A DNA stretch of 64,000 nucleotides from positions 64,001-128,000 of the IMG/VR virus record IMGVR_UViG_3300030102_006261. One strand, 5' to 3'. Origin of the DNA: a virus. A model generated the notes under the pieces. It saw nothing but the letters and a program-made list of their open reading frames with translations, made no database searches and was not told where the DNA came from. Below are positions 40,201 through 48,022 of this stretch, piece after piece. Numbering within the stretch: position 1 is the first letter of the stretch; each line of letters begins with the position of its first letter. Both the position numbers and the translations under genes were made by a program.

Positions 40201-41143
40201 TTATACAGGGTGGTATCCTGATGGTATTGAGTCTGGTGGTGGACAGCAATATGGTAGGCCTGGCGCTTTCTACGGTAACCTAGCACAAACTGATGGGCTT
40301 GCTGTAGATTTTGATTATATAGATTCTTTGATGGGTGGTAATGGCGAAGAGCGTTTCCTAGACATAACACACTACGATGTGGATGAGGAGGGGACAGTTG
40401 GTGAGGCATTAGTTGACTATAAAAAAGGTTTTTCATTCTGGGCCAACACTGGACAACTTCCCACCACTATCCCAGAGGAATATACAAGTGATCCACTGTA
40501 TATGAAAGATTGGCGTATACCGAATGTGGTTAACGAAAAAGCCTTTATTGATGAATCAAATGTAGAGTGTATCCCATACCCAGATTCTGTGGGTAGAGAG
40601 TACCTACGAAACTCCGATTACACTTTGAATTCTGCAAATCTTTTAATTGTTGACTCTGCAAATTTAGCCGATAATAGTGGAAGAACAATTGAATATGCCA
40701 CAGCACACGCTGACGTTTATTATATTGTCTTGAGTGATGGAACGTGTCGTGGTATGTCTTATCGAGTGGACGATTCTGACAGTTTAATTTGGTATCCTGC
40801 TAGGGGTCCTTTTGATCAGGATGTTACTCAACCTAGAATTGGATTATCTAGACCTACTAGTGCGTCTTTAGATAGAGAAGCTGGTGTTAGATTAAGAACT
40901 TATGGTCCTCCTCCAAAACCAAAACCAAAAAGCTCAGAATCTGAGACACCACCAGCGGCACCACCAGTGACACCACCAGTGACACCACCAGTGACACCAC
41001 CAGCGGCACCTCCCGCTGTACCACCAGCGGCACCTCCGCCACCAGCGGCACCTCCACCACCACCAGCGGCACCTCCGCCACCACCAATGTCACCACCACC
41101 ATCCCCACCATCTTCAGGTGGCGGTGGAGGATACGGATATTAA
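37223..41143 (+). CDS. Large (1306 aa) putative virion protein with Pro-rich tail ending GGGGGYGY
   Basis: Long ORF in a late operon; no catalytic motif recognised. Confidence 0.65.
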   Translation: MPFHGGFGQDQDVVNPELYLKRYVEGDIYSGAVLLNESPTSVDATQYEYSLSVFSNMFSGANSDFFSADEWPIELPNSNGLFQFTGKLGSSTTAFKQLGFAGRNFTTVGFDSNSDGVIDNPVSSYRYNFSTINEISPIQTLPGVNLSYDPVESSAVTRFTYNRAFPEFASTDLYTTLSERIPRRPKYYKYGMYYDTSENEMRSIKEQSFACGFDNGFYVDQEGKIKVMSQGYEFARSAPIFGIFSFMDKFLFNENGIETATEYNSVFDPSSEYFIPEGVDWEYDSSEGPFLGLDHNARMTKYLNEPYANVAHLIRLYLNRKFFDKMLEQLPEWSHLCSVIQYYDEDLEIKSIAMAANDAAILLDTEGKIHVISNAGKTSSTTTDVSSCSYGAARDLVQHLMVYYPEKYRKQDWNQYLDSNGVPEDLGSFPYMSSEKYFWVDDTGELVDTEDVKFVSVQADGGSLPGEGVTFLAIDDQGKVYAREIKSTMTYEPVRVNIPATNGEGYRRFIERPKYSSYSSSGLPSSELHPEFMKGGEFIDSTGGRTRSQPTLGFDDFTDLLEDVFNDIGYAYPSDPTNPNAENIPFFDPRVRERYDRFLLNGDPHRVAARYRDITNPASVMINPETGNILHTDNSIMRFLASSLREIPLDANGNRCRVLSLTDTFEHLSAVLYVDVSGRSHATLPDDPGPLNIDAETEVIPNGRIGITHIGTMQLRNGNLMTFLSKKLSPRLLVKTFDQNKDPLDPSLYEYIDNTSTFEDKTMSFDIATYRKLFLREVDGNEHYIPPRNIGGTRSGVVIHSNNDKIAYITARQWKGSEFDPPQIQNLQGQVAELPGQVRSISAFSVPHPLYFRTRPRASGIDDIVPDYEPWRSYNNFTSFNLMYNRGNLMANMFLPNNRVNYSFNNIQQTWDDKIYPAYSDPLYDKTNGIPMMGSLNGFNGTFFNAYASAYPGLCNPPMIFPDAVPGPADSPTPLLGYLPGIPPHEPGGIVPYYTGWYPDGIESGGGQQYGRPGAFYGNLAQTDGLAVDFDYIDSLMGGNGEERFLDITHYDVDEEGTVGEALVDYKKGFSFWANTGQLPTTIPEEYTSDPLYMKDWRIPNVVNEKAFIDESNVECIPYPDSVGREYLRNSDYTLNSANLLIVDSANLADNSGRTIEYATAHADVYYIVLSDGTCRGMSYRVDDSDSLIWYPARGPFDQDVTQPRIGLSRPTSASLDREAGVRLRTYGPPPKPKPKSSESETPPAAPPVTPPVTPPVTPPAAPPAVPPAAPPPPAAPPPPPAAPPPPPMSPPPSPPSSGGGGGYGY
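40946..41112 (+). repeat. Low-complexity repeats encoding PPVT/PPAA/polyproline
   Basis: CCACCAGTGACA x3 and CCACCAGCGGCA units. Confidence 0.85.
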
Positions 41144-41215
41144 TTTTTACATTTACTTATCAAATAAACCATATATAATAGTGTTTTTAAAAAAGAGAGT
41201 TGGAGAATTTTTGTT

Positions 41216-43177
41216 ATGAGTGTAGAGTTACCAAGTTTATATCAGTCGTTCATTCATCTATCCCGTTACTCTAGGTGGTTACCCGAGAAGGGAAGAAGAG
41301 AGACTTGGTCTGAGACTGTTGGTCGTTACTTTGATTTCTTTGAAGGACATCTAAAAGAATATCATAATTATAAAGTAACTAAAAAAGAAAGAGAAGAGTT
41401 AGAACAAGCAGTTCTTAATTTAGAAATCATGCCTTCGATGCGAGCTTTGATGACCGCTGGTGATGCATTAAAGCGAGATAATATTGCTGGTTATAACTGC
41501 TCTTTTGTGAGTGCAGGTAGAGTTCGTTCATTTGATGAAATCTTGTATGTTCTGATGTGTGGGACTGGAGTAGGGTTCAGTGTTGAACGAGACTTTCTTA
41601 AGAAACTACCTACCATAGCAGAGGAGTTTGAGGGTAGTGATACGACCATTGTTGTACAAGATAGTAAGATGGGTTGGGCCAAGTCGTATAAGGAACTCAC
41701 CTCCCTTCTTATTGGAGGTCAGATTCCCAAGTGGGATCTCTCGAAGATTCGACCTGCCGGAGCGAAACTCAAGACTTTCGGTGGTAGAGCTTCGGGGCCA
41801 GAACCACTGGACGATTTATTCCGGTTCACAGTGGAAACCTATAAAAAGGCTGCTGGAAGAAAACTCACCTCCATCGAATGTCACGATATCGTCTGCAAGA
41901 TTGCTGAGATTGTCGTTGTTGGGGGGGTACGTCGAAGTGCCCTTATCTCACTATCTTCGCTTACCGATGAGCGGATGCGCGATGCGAAGCACGGACAGTG
42001 GTGGATTTCCGACCCTCAAAGAGCACTATCGAATAACTCGGTAGCTTATCGAGAGAAGCCAGAAATCGGCACATTCATGGAGGAGTGGCTCTCCCTCTAT
42101 AAGAGTAAGTCTGGTGAACGAGGTATTTTCAATCGTGACGCAGCACAGAAACAAATTGAACGTGCAAACGAACACCGTCAGAGCATGGGTGATGGATATC
42201 GTCTTCGTGAATCCAACCACGAGTTTGGTACAAACCCCTGTAGTGAGATTATTCTTCGCGATAAGGAATTTTGTAATCTAACTGAAATTGTCATTCGTGG
42301 TGATGATACCGCAGAGTCTCTAGAAAGAAAGGTTCGACTTGCTACCATTCTTGGTACATGGCAGTCTACTCTGACTAACTTCAAGTACCTCTCAAGTGAG
42401 TGGGAGCGTAACTGTGAGGACGAGAGACTTCTTGGTGTGTCTATGACTGGTATCATGGACTGCAAGCTGACGAACGGTAAATCTAGGGGTCTACAAGAGC
42501 TTCTGACAAACCTGAAGACTGCTGCAATCCAAGAAAACAAGAAAGCAGCGAAGAACATCGGAATCAATGAGTCTGTCGCTATTACTTGTGTTAAACCCAG
42601 TGGAACCGTCTCTCAGCTTGTAGACGCAGCATCAGGTATTCACGCTCGTCACAATCCATACTATGTCCGCACAGTCCGTGCTGATATGAAAGATCCTCTG
42701 TGTAGATTCATGGAAACTCAGGGATTCCCTTGTGAGCCAGATGTAATGAAACCAGAACACACTATGGTGTTTTCTTTCCCAATGAAGACACCAAAGAGTG
42801 CCGTGTTCAGGACGGACATGACTGCAATCGAACAGTTGGAGCTTTGGTTGCAGTATCAAAGATTTTGGTGTGAACACAAGCCTTCAATCACTGTCTCTGT
42901 GAAGGAGGATGAGTGGATGGGTGTTGGTGCATGGGTATGGGAACACTTTGATGAAGTTTCCGGTGTTTCTTTCTTACCTTTCTCAGATCATACATATAAG
43001 CAAGCACCATATCAGGACTGCACTGATGTGGAATATGAAGAACTTTTAACATCCATGCCACAAGATGTGGATTGGAGCAAATTGGGAGAGTACGAACAGG
43101 AAGATAACACAGCGGGAACGCAGACGTTTGCCTGTTCTGGAAATTCATGCGAAGTAGTTGACTTAACAACAAATTAA
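41216..43177 (+). CDS. nrdJ: Class II (adenosylcobalamin-dependent) ribonucleotide reductase
   Basis: YNC, GTGVGFS, VGGVRRSA, TNPCSEI, FCNL, TCVKPSGT, C-terminal C.G.SC; no beta subunit adjacent. Confidence 0.92.
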   Translation: MSVELPSLYQSFIHLSRYSRWLPEKGRRETWSETVGRYFDFFEGHLKEYHNYKVTKKEREELEQAVLNLEIMPSMRALMTAGDALKRDNIAGYNCSFVSAGRVRSFDEILYVLMCGTGVGFSVERDFLKKLPTIAEEFEGSDTTIVVQDSKMGWAKSYKELTSLLIGGQIPKWDLSKIRPAGAKLKTFGGRASGPEPLDDLFRFTVETYKKAAGRKLTSIECHDIVCKIAEIVVVGGVRRSALISLSSLTDERMRDAKHGQWWISDPQRALSNNSVAYREKPEIGTFMEEWLSLYKSKSGERGIFNRDAAQKQIERANEHRQSMGDGYRLRESNHEFGTNPCSEIILRDKEFCNLTEIVIRGDDTAESLERKVRLATILGTWQSTLTNFKYLSSEWERNCEDERLLGVSMTGIMDCKLTNGKSRGLQELLTNLKTAAIQENKKAAKNIGINESVAITCVKPSGTVSQLVDAASGIHARHNPYYVRTVRADMKDPLCRFMETQGFPCEPDVMKPEHTMVFSFPMKTPKSAVFRTDMTAIEQLELWLQYQRFWCEHKPSITVSVKEDEWMGVGAWVWEHFDEVSGVSFLPFSDHTYKQAPYQDCTDVEYEELLTSMPQDVDWSKLGEYEQEDNTAGTQTFACSGNSCEVVDLTTN

Positions 43178-43186
43178 ACGTATAAT
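43158..43186 (+). promoter_or_regulatory. Near-consensus sigma70 promoter for the peptide-porin operon
   Basis: TTGACT-17 nt-TATAAT. Confidence 0.75.
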
Positions 43187-43254
43187 AGAACTTTTATTAA
43201 TCCAGTGTGTTCGTCGGAGAATGAACACATATACTCTAACAAAAGGAGAAACCT

Positions 43255-43449
43255 ATGAGTAAAACTACTGGAGATTGCCCCGCCGCAGGTTGCGGCAAAG
43301 ATTTTGTACAGAATTGGCTTGGAAAGATCGGAATCACCCGTTCCCTCCTCGTCACACTCGCTCTCGTGCCTTTCGCATGGGATGGTGTCCTTTGGTTCCG
43401 CGATGCGGTCGCAACCGTTTGGGACTCAGTAACCACTTGGGGTGGCTAA
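43255..43449 (+). CDS. Small membrane protein with N-terminal CxxxxC
   Basis: Strong SD AAAAGGAGA; hydrophobic LLVTLALVPFAW segment. Confidence 0.7.
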   Translation: MSKTTGDCPAAGCGKDFVQNWLGKIGITRSLLVTLALVPFAWDGVLWFRDAVATVWDSVTTWGG

Positions 43450-43470
43450 AGCCACTAAAGGAGAATCACT

Positions 43471-44499
43471 ATGATTAATATTGCAACTATTCTTCTTTCT
43501 GCACCTCTCATGAGTGGTGCAGCGGAAAACGTTAACGTTCATGAACTCATCATGGGGGTTCGCGAAGATTCTGCAACTCGCATGAGTCTTCGGGGTGACG
43601 ACAGTCCCGTTACTGTCGATGTTTCTGGTTTCCTTCAGTTCCGTTATCTTTACAATGATGCCGGCTCGAATGAAGCCACCAGAGGATTTGACATTGATCG
43701 TGCCCGGATTAAGTTTTCGGGTGAAGCGTATGAATTTGGATATGCGATCAGTGGACAGTGGAGTGATACTGAGTTTGAACTCAAGGATGCGTTCCTCACC
43801 AAGAACATTGGTGGGTTTGATGTCAAGGCGGGGCAGTTCGTAACTAGTTTCTATAACGGTTACGTCTCTGATCCAACCACGCTTGTGACTGGTGACTACA
43901 GCATCACTGCTCTAACTTATGGACAGGGTTACTCGCAAGGTATTGAAGTTAGCAGAGAGTACGATTCTTTCTCATTCTACGCATCATATAACGATGGCTT
44001 CAACACCGACAACAGTAGCTTTGGTGACAATGACTATGGAGTCAGTGGACGAGTGGAATTTACTGGTATCGATAACGTGACTCTTGGTGGTGCATTTGCA
44101 AATGAGCAGACTGCAACTGAGAGCTATGATACTTACACGTTTGATGCCAGTTTTGATTTTGATGAGTTTGTATTTGATGCTGCGTATGTCGCATCAAATC
44201 GTGTTGAAGATAGCTGGAACAACTACTCCATTGTTGGCACTGCCAGCTACGTCATGAGTTCTGATTTCCAGATTTTTGGACAATACGAGTATGGTGTCAT
44301 GGAAGGTGCCATGTCTGATCTGAATATTGGAACAATTGGTGCGAATATTATCTTCAACCCCAATGTTCGTTGGACTAACTCTTTTGGATATGCGTTTAAC
44401 GCTGTCGATGGTGGATACAACCTGTCCGACACTGGATGGGAAAGCTCCTCTACCGACGGTCAGTATGTCATCAAGAGTATGTTGACTATCAGTTTTTGA
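43471..44499 (+). CDS. Outer-membrane beta-barrel porin (OprO/OprP-like)
   Basis: Signal-like N-terminus, SGFLQFRY, GF.IDRARI.FSG, L.DA, GQF, alternating beta strands, C-terminal Phe; strong SD. Confidence 0.8.
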   Translation: MINIATILLSAPLMSGAAENVNVHELIMGVREDSATRMSLRGDDSPVTVDVSGFLQFRYLYNDAGSNEATRGFDIDRARIKFSGEAYEFGYAISGQWSDTEFELKDAFLTKNIGGFDVKAGQFVTSFYNGYVSDPTTLVTGDYSITALTYGQGYSQGIEVSREYDSFSFYASYNDGFNTDNSSFGDNDYGVSGRVEFTGIDNVTLGGAFANEQTATESYDTYTFDASFDFDEFVFDAAYVASNRVEDSWNNYSIVGTASYVMSSDFQIFGQYEYGVMEGAMSDLNIGTIGANIIFNPNVRWTNSFGYAFNAVDGGYNLSDTGWESSSTDGQYVIKSMLTISF

Positions 44500-44520
44500 T
44501 ATATAAAGTTATATAATGAG

Positions 44521-44547
44521 GGACTGGATCACCCTCTATCCGTGTGC
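44521..44547 (-). ncRNA. Anti-16S-tail element copy 1 (27-nt repeat)
   Basis: + strand GGACTGGATCACCCTCTATCCGTGTGC, 26/27 identical to 53590-53616. Confidence 0.5.
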
Positions 44548-44580
44548 AAGAGGGGACTTTAAAGTCCCCTCTTGTTATTT
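44547..44580 (+). terminator. Rho-independent terminator of the porin operon
   Basis: Perfect inverted repeat CAAGAGGGGACTTT/AAAGTCCCCTCTTG followed by TTATTT. Confidence 0.8.
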
Positions 44581-44653
44581 AATAATTTGTTACTATTTTT
44601 ATATTTTTTATTTTGTAGTGAACACTTTTTCTTGTAATATTGATTACTGGCAT
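44579..44653 (-). CDS. Unannotated 24-aa basic peptide MPVINITRKSVHYKIKNIKIVTNY
   Basis: SD AAGGGAG 7 nt before the ATG; late-like CATAAATA just upstream. Confidence 0.4.
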   Translation of the reverse strand: MPVINITRKSVHYKIKNIKIVTNY

Positions 44654-44662
44654 CGTGTGTCT

Positions 44663-44702
44663 CCCTTGCAAGTATTTATGTTATATAAGTACTTGTGAAG
44701 GG
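44663..44702. promoter_or_regulatory. Divergent late-promoter/RBS palindrome
   Basis: CATAAATA (-) and TATAAGTA (+) back to back inside an imperfect inverted repeat with AAGGGA on both strands. Confidence 0.45.
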
Positions 44703-44710
44703 AAATATGT

Positions 44711-45277
44711 ATGATTGTAGCGGGAATCGATTATTCATTGTGCGGACCAGCGATCTGTGTATTTAAGGGTGAAGACTTGGATGTGTTTTCATTTAGTAAA
44801 TGTAAATTTTACTATCTGACAGACACTAAAAAATATGCAAAAACTTTTCTTACTAACATACACGGAAGTGTTTTTGAAGAGTATAATCATGATTGTGAGC
44901 GTTACGACACAATTTCCTCTTGGGCGGCTGATGTGTGTTACGGATGTGAACAAGTTGGACTAGAGGGATATGCATATGGAGCTAAGGGTAGAGTATTTCA
45001 TATCGCAGAAAACACTGGTATATTAAAGTACAAATTCTTTCAGAATAATATTCCAGTTGAAGTAATAACTCCATCTGAAGTTAAGAAACGTGCATGTGGG
45101 AAAGGTAATGCAAACAAAGCGGATATGCACAGTGCCTTTCGAAAAGACACTGGATATGATTTGACTAAAATAATGACACCAGATAAAAAAGAAGTTACGA
45201 ATCCGGTGTCTGATATTGTCGATGCTTACTATGTTTGCAAATGTTTGCACGATAACATAAAATATACACTGATTTAA
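44711..45277 (+). CDS. RuvC-like Holliday junction resolvase
   Basis: AGIDYS, LEGYAYG, PS.VKK...GKGNA.K, DIVDAY. Confidence 0.85.
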   Translation: MIVAGIDYSLCGPAICVFKGEDLDVFSFSKCKFYYLTDTKKYAKTFLTNIHGSVFEEYNHDCERYDTISSWAADVCYGCEQVGLEGYAYGAKGRVFHIAENTGILKYKFFQNNIPVEVITPSEVKKRACGKGNANKADMHSAFRKDTGYDLTKIMTPDKKEVTNPVSDIVDAYYVCKCLHDNIKYTLI

Positions 45278-45280
45278 ATA

Positions 45281-45308
45281 CAACACCGGCGATCTCTCAC
45301 CGGTATTG
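45281..45308 (-). terminator. Terminator hairpin at the convergence point
   Basis: Minus strand CAATACCGGTGA-GAGA-TCGCCGGTGTTG then TATTT; mismatches are G:U only on the minus strand. Confidence 0.7.
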
Positions 45309-45339
45309 ATTGGGTTTATATTCAATTGTTTTTAGACTT

Positions 45340-47172
45340 TTACTCCGTTTGTGTAAAGTAAACGCCAGTGATGGGACACCACCACGGGTCGTTTGGTCCG
45401 AAAGGATTCTCGAATACGTCATCGACATTCATGTTGGAATTCCACATGAGTTCGTCTGGACCATAGAAAGTCCATGATGCACCAGCAGTCGGTGCAGGGA
45501 ACCAAGGTTGAGTCCTATCCCAATCCTCGAAACAGTCCTCAATCTTGACATTCTCGAATCGCCAGGTTTGGTTTGTTTCACTCCATGTCCACGGGCCCTC
45601 TTCGTTTCGTGAACCATCAGGATTGCTCCTGTCGAAAGTGAACGTGCTATGTCTATCGGGAAGGTTACTTTGCTTCTGGACAAGAATACAATCCTTGAAC
45701 AAGTTGTTCTTCGCAGGACCACACCATCTCCAGATGAGAGAGACTGGACTACACTCAGGAATGCCATTTCCTCCTTGGTTTGAGAGTTGGACATTCACCC
45801 ATGCAGAGTTATGAATACCACCACCAGGCCTCTCACCGGGACAACCATGCACACCCTGCTCTCTGCAAGTATGATTGCCGTAGATGTCACGAAGAATCAC
45901 GTTCTGGTGAATGTAGTCGATACCGTTGTATTGCATGTAGTCAATGTGACATGCGGTGGGATCAATTTCACCCAAAGGATTGTGATTGGTGATTTCGATA
46001 CTCAGAAGCAACTGTGCAAAGTGCAATTCAAGTGCATCGCAAGCAACACTGTCAAGCACACAGTTACGCATAATGATGCCAGTCGTGCCTTCTTGTGTCC
46101 AAGTGTGTATGGTATCAGTCCACCACTGAAATCCACCCTTGCCTGTGACAAACATGGTTTCGGTATCCTCGCTGTAGTCGTGACCCTTGATGATACAACC
46201 ATCGTACCACCGTCCACCGTATCTCTTCGTTCCACCATTCAGAATTCTTTCCTGATCGGTATCGACGAAGACATCCTTGAGTCTGCATAGACTCTTCGTG
46301 AGAAATCCACCACCACTTGAGGTGTTCTCGTTTGCAACAATCTTACAGTCTGCCGATGCGACGCCGGGTGCCGGTGTAATCGTGAAGTATCGTCCGTTGC
46401 TTTGACGGAACGAGTTCAGTGGCCAACCGCCGCTTGCATCGATAGTGTGTTCGCCTTCGAGTAGGTAGACGGTAGTTCCACCAATCTCGGCGTATGGTTG
46501 TTGCAGACCAGAACGAAGTGCATCGTGGAGTCCCTTGTATGGGTTCTCCCGTGTGCCGTCACCATTCACATCATCACCATCGGGAGAAATATAAAGTTCT
46601 CTCGTTGGCCAGTAACCTGTATTGTTACTGAATAGGTTCACCCCGTTGTACTGGGGTAGTGGGTAGTTCTCATCGTAAACATCACGATCAAGAACGACAC
46701 TTGGGCCCATCGTGCCGAACACTTCTGCCGATACTGTAATCTTTGTGTCTGGATGTTTGCGAGTGTCAAGAGGGAACCAATACTCCATCTCACCCGTTCG
46801 AGGATTCAGAGTCATCTCCTTGACTCTAATAATTTCTGGTTTGTGTGGAACCTGATGTCCCCATGCACCAAGGAGATGAGTGATTTCTCTCCCCCCAACT
46901 CCTGCTCCCCATTGTCTCAGAAGAACAGAGAGGTCTTCCCCGTCTACAATCTCGTCGTGATTCCAATCTCCGACGTATCCTTGACGGTTGATCGTGAACT
47001 CTACACGATCTATGCCTTCTAAGTGGTAGGCGACTACTCCCACTTCAAATACACCAGTAACATCTTGCTGTGGCACAACATCAAAATATGCCATAGGGGG
47101 TTCTGTTTCTGGGGCGTAAACGGGAACGTCGCCGTTGCATAATATTGATAATCCAACCAATAAATCTAGCAT
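45340..47172 (-). CDS. Secreted-type protein: Ig-like domain with dockerin/EF-hand insert plus right-handed beta-helix (DUF1565-like)
   Basis: Hydrophobic N-terminus; GDWNHDEIVDGEDLSVLLRQWG; YISPDGDD..GDGT.ENPY; H.D..Q; SD AAGGAGA before ATG 47172. Confidence 0.7.
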   Translation of the reverse strand: MLDLLVGLSILCNGDVPVYAPETEPPMAYFDVVPQQDVTGVFEVGVVAYHLEGIDRVEFTINRQGYVGDWNHDEIVDGEDLSVLLRQWGAGVGGREITHLLGAWGHQVPHKPEIIRVKEMTLNPRTGEMEYWFPLDTRKHPDTKITVSAEVFGTMGPSVVLDRDVYDENYPLPQYNGVNLFSNNTGYWPTRELYISPDGDDVNGDGTRENPYKGLHDALRSGLQQPYAEIGGTTVYLLEGEHTIDASGGWPLNSFRQSNGRYFTITPAPGVASADCKIVANENTSSGGGFLTKSLCRLKDVFVDTDQERILNGGTKRYGGRWYDGCIIKGHDYSEDTETMFVTGKGGFQWWTDTIHTWTQEGTTGIIMRNCVLDSVACDALELHFAQLLLSIEITNHNPLGEIDPTACHIDYMQYNGIDYIHQNVILRDIYGNHTCREQGVHGCPGERPGGGIHNSAWVNVQLSNQGGNGIPECSPVSLIWRWCGPAKNNLFKDCILVQKQSNLPDRHSTFTFDRSNPDGSRNEEGPWTWSETNQTWRFENVKIEDCFEDWDRTQPWFPAPTAGASWTFYGPDELMWNSNMNVDDVFENPFGPNDPWWCPITGVYFTQTE

Positions 47173-47217
47173 TGTAATTCTCCTTATGTACATGCCTTTG
47201 TCGAGTTGTCAAATAAA

Positions 47218-47311
47218 TATCCCAGATAAAAACGTATCATTTTAATCGGGGATCCTGCAACTTAACGCAGGAATTAAACGAGTACGACCTCGTTCCGATT
47301 CTAGAATCGGA
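47218..47311. ncRNA. Four abutting hairpins (structured leader or sRNA)
   Basis: ATCCCAGAT/ATCGGGGAT, TCCTGC/GCAGGA, AACGAG/CTCGTT, TCCGATTC/GAATCGGA. Confidence 0.45.
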
Positions 47312-47357
47312 TTTGCATTCATAAAGAAAAATCAATTGGTATCGTAATATGTATGTG

Positions 47358-47576
47358 TTAGTTAGTTTTTTCTTTCCATGTTTTTACAGTTATTATCACT
47401 AATACGATAATAAGTAAAATATACCATGGAATCCATGTGCGAGTTGCGGTTTCTGCGGCAACCGCGATGTTATTTATTTTTTCCGGTTGTAGTGAGGGTT
47501 TAGCGTTGTTGATAACACGACCAGTTTCACAACCAAACAATAAAAGTAACGACATAAATGGAATTAAGTATTTCAT
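47358..47576 (-). CDS. Small lipoprotein with C-terminal TM helix
   Basis: Lipobox LFGC; C-terminal WYILLIIVLVIITV. Confidence 0.7.
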   Translation of the reverse strand: MKYLIPFMSLLLLFGCETGRVINNAKPSLQPEKINNIAVAAETATRTWIPWYILLIIVLVIITVKTWKEKTN

Positions 47577-48022
47577 GCTCTGTTTGCCGCAACTGCATTA
47601 CCAAAGTAGAATCCTACGATGCTAATTAGAATTTGTCTATTTTCTTTCAGTAAAAGATAACCATCTACTGGCTCTAGTGTGGTTGTTGTTTGTGATCCCG
47701 CCAAACCAAAGATATCCCACCACTGTCGTCCAGTCTCTTCTATTTCAACAACTGTTGGAATTCCAAAGAATGGTAAGAGGAAGGGTGCTAGTATCGTACC
47801 AAATAATATCGCTATCACAATACCTCTACGCACCCATTTACCAGCACTCACTGATACGCGATCGACTGCACCATCGTAATTTTCATTACTTGCTTTGTTT
47901 GCTTCTATTATACGATTGAAAACTTCAGCTTGCTCTTTTCTTCTTTCTGCATTCGATCGAAATAAGAAACCAACAAGACTACTTCCCACTAGGGACAAAA
48001 ATTCAGCGGTTAAGAATTCCAT
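47573..48022 (-). CDS. Putative holin (3TM type)
   Basis: Three hydrophobic segments, WVRR, C-terminal IVGFYFG. Confidence 0.6.
   Translation of the reverse strand: MEFLTAEFLSLVGSSLVGFLFRSNAERRKEQAEVFNRIIEANKASNENYDGAVDRVSVSAGKWVRRGIVIAILFGTILAPFLLPFFGIPTVVEIEETGRQWWDIFGLAGSQTTTTLEPVDGYLLLKENRQILISIVGFYFGNAVAANRA

Noticed and set aside
29287-43177. Introns/inteins in gp43, gp41, thyX or nrdJ; alternative genetic code
   Set aside because: All have normal length and contiguous motifs, and standard-code ORFs tile the window densely.
44500-44560. The repeated element read as a conserved peptide (TRI(E/G)GDPV)
   Set aside because: No start codon or RBS opens that frame in copies 1 and 2, and identity is at nucleotide level including third positions.
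47218-47311. Possible tRNA cloverleaf
   Set aside because: No acceptor stem enclosing the arms, no TTCRA T-loop, no CCA.
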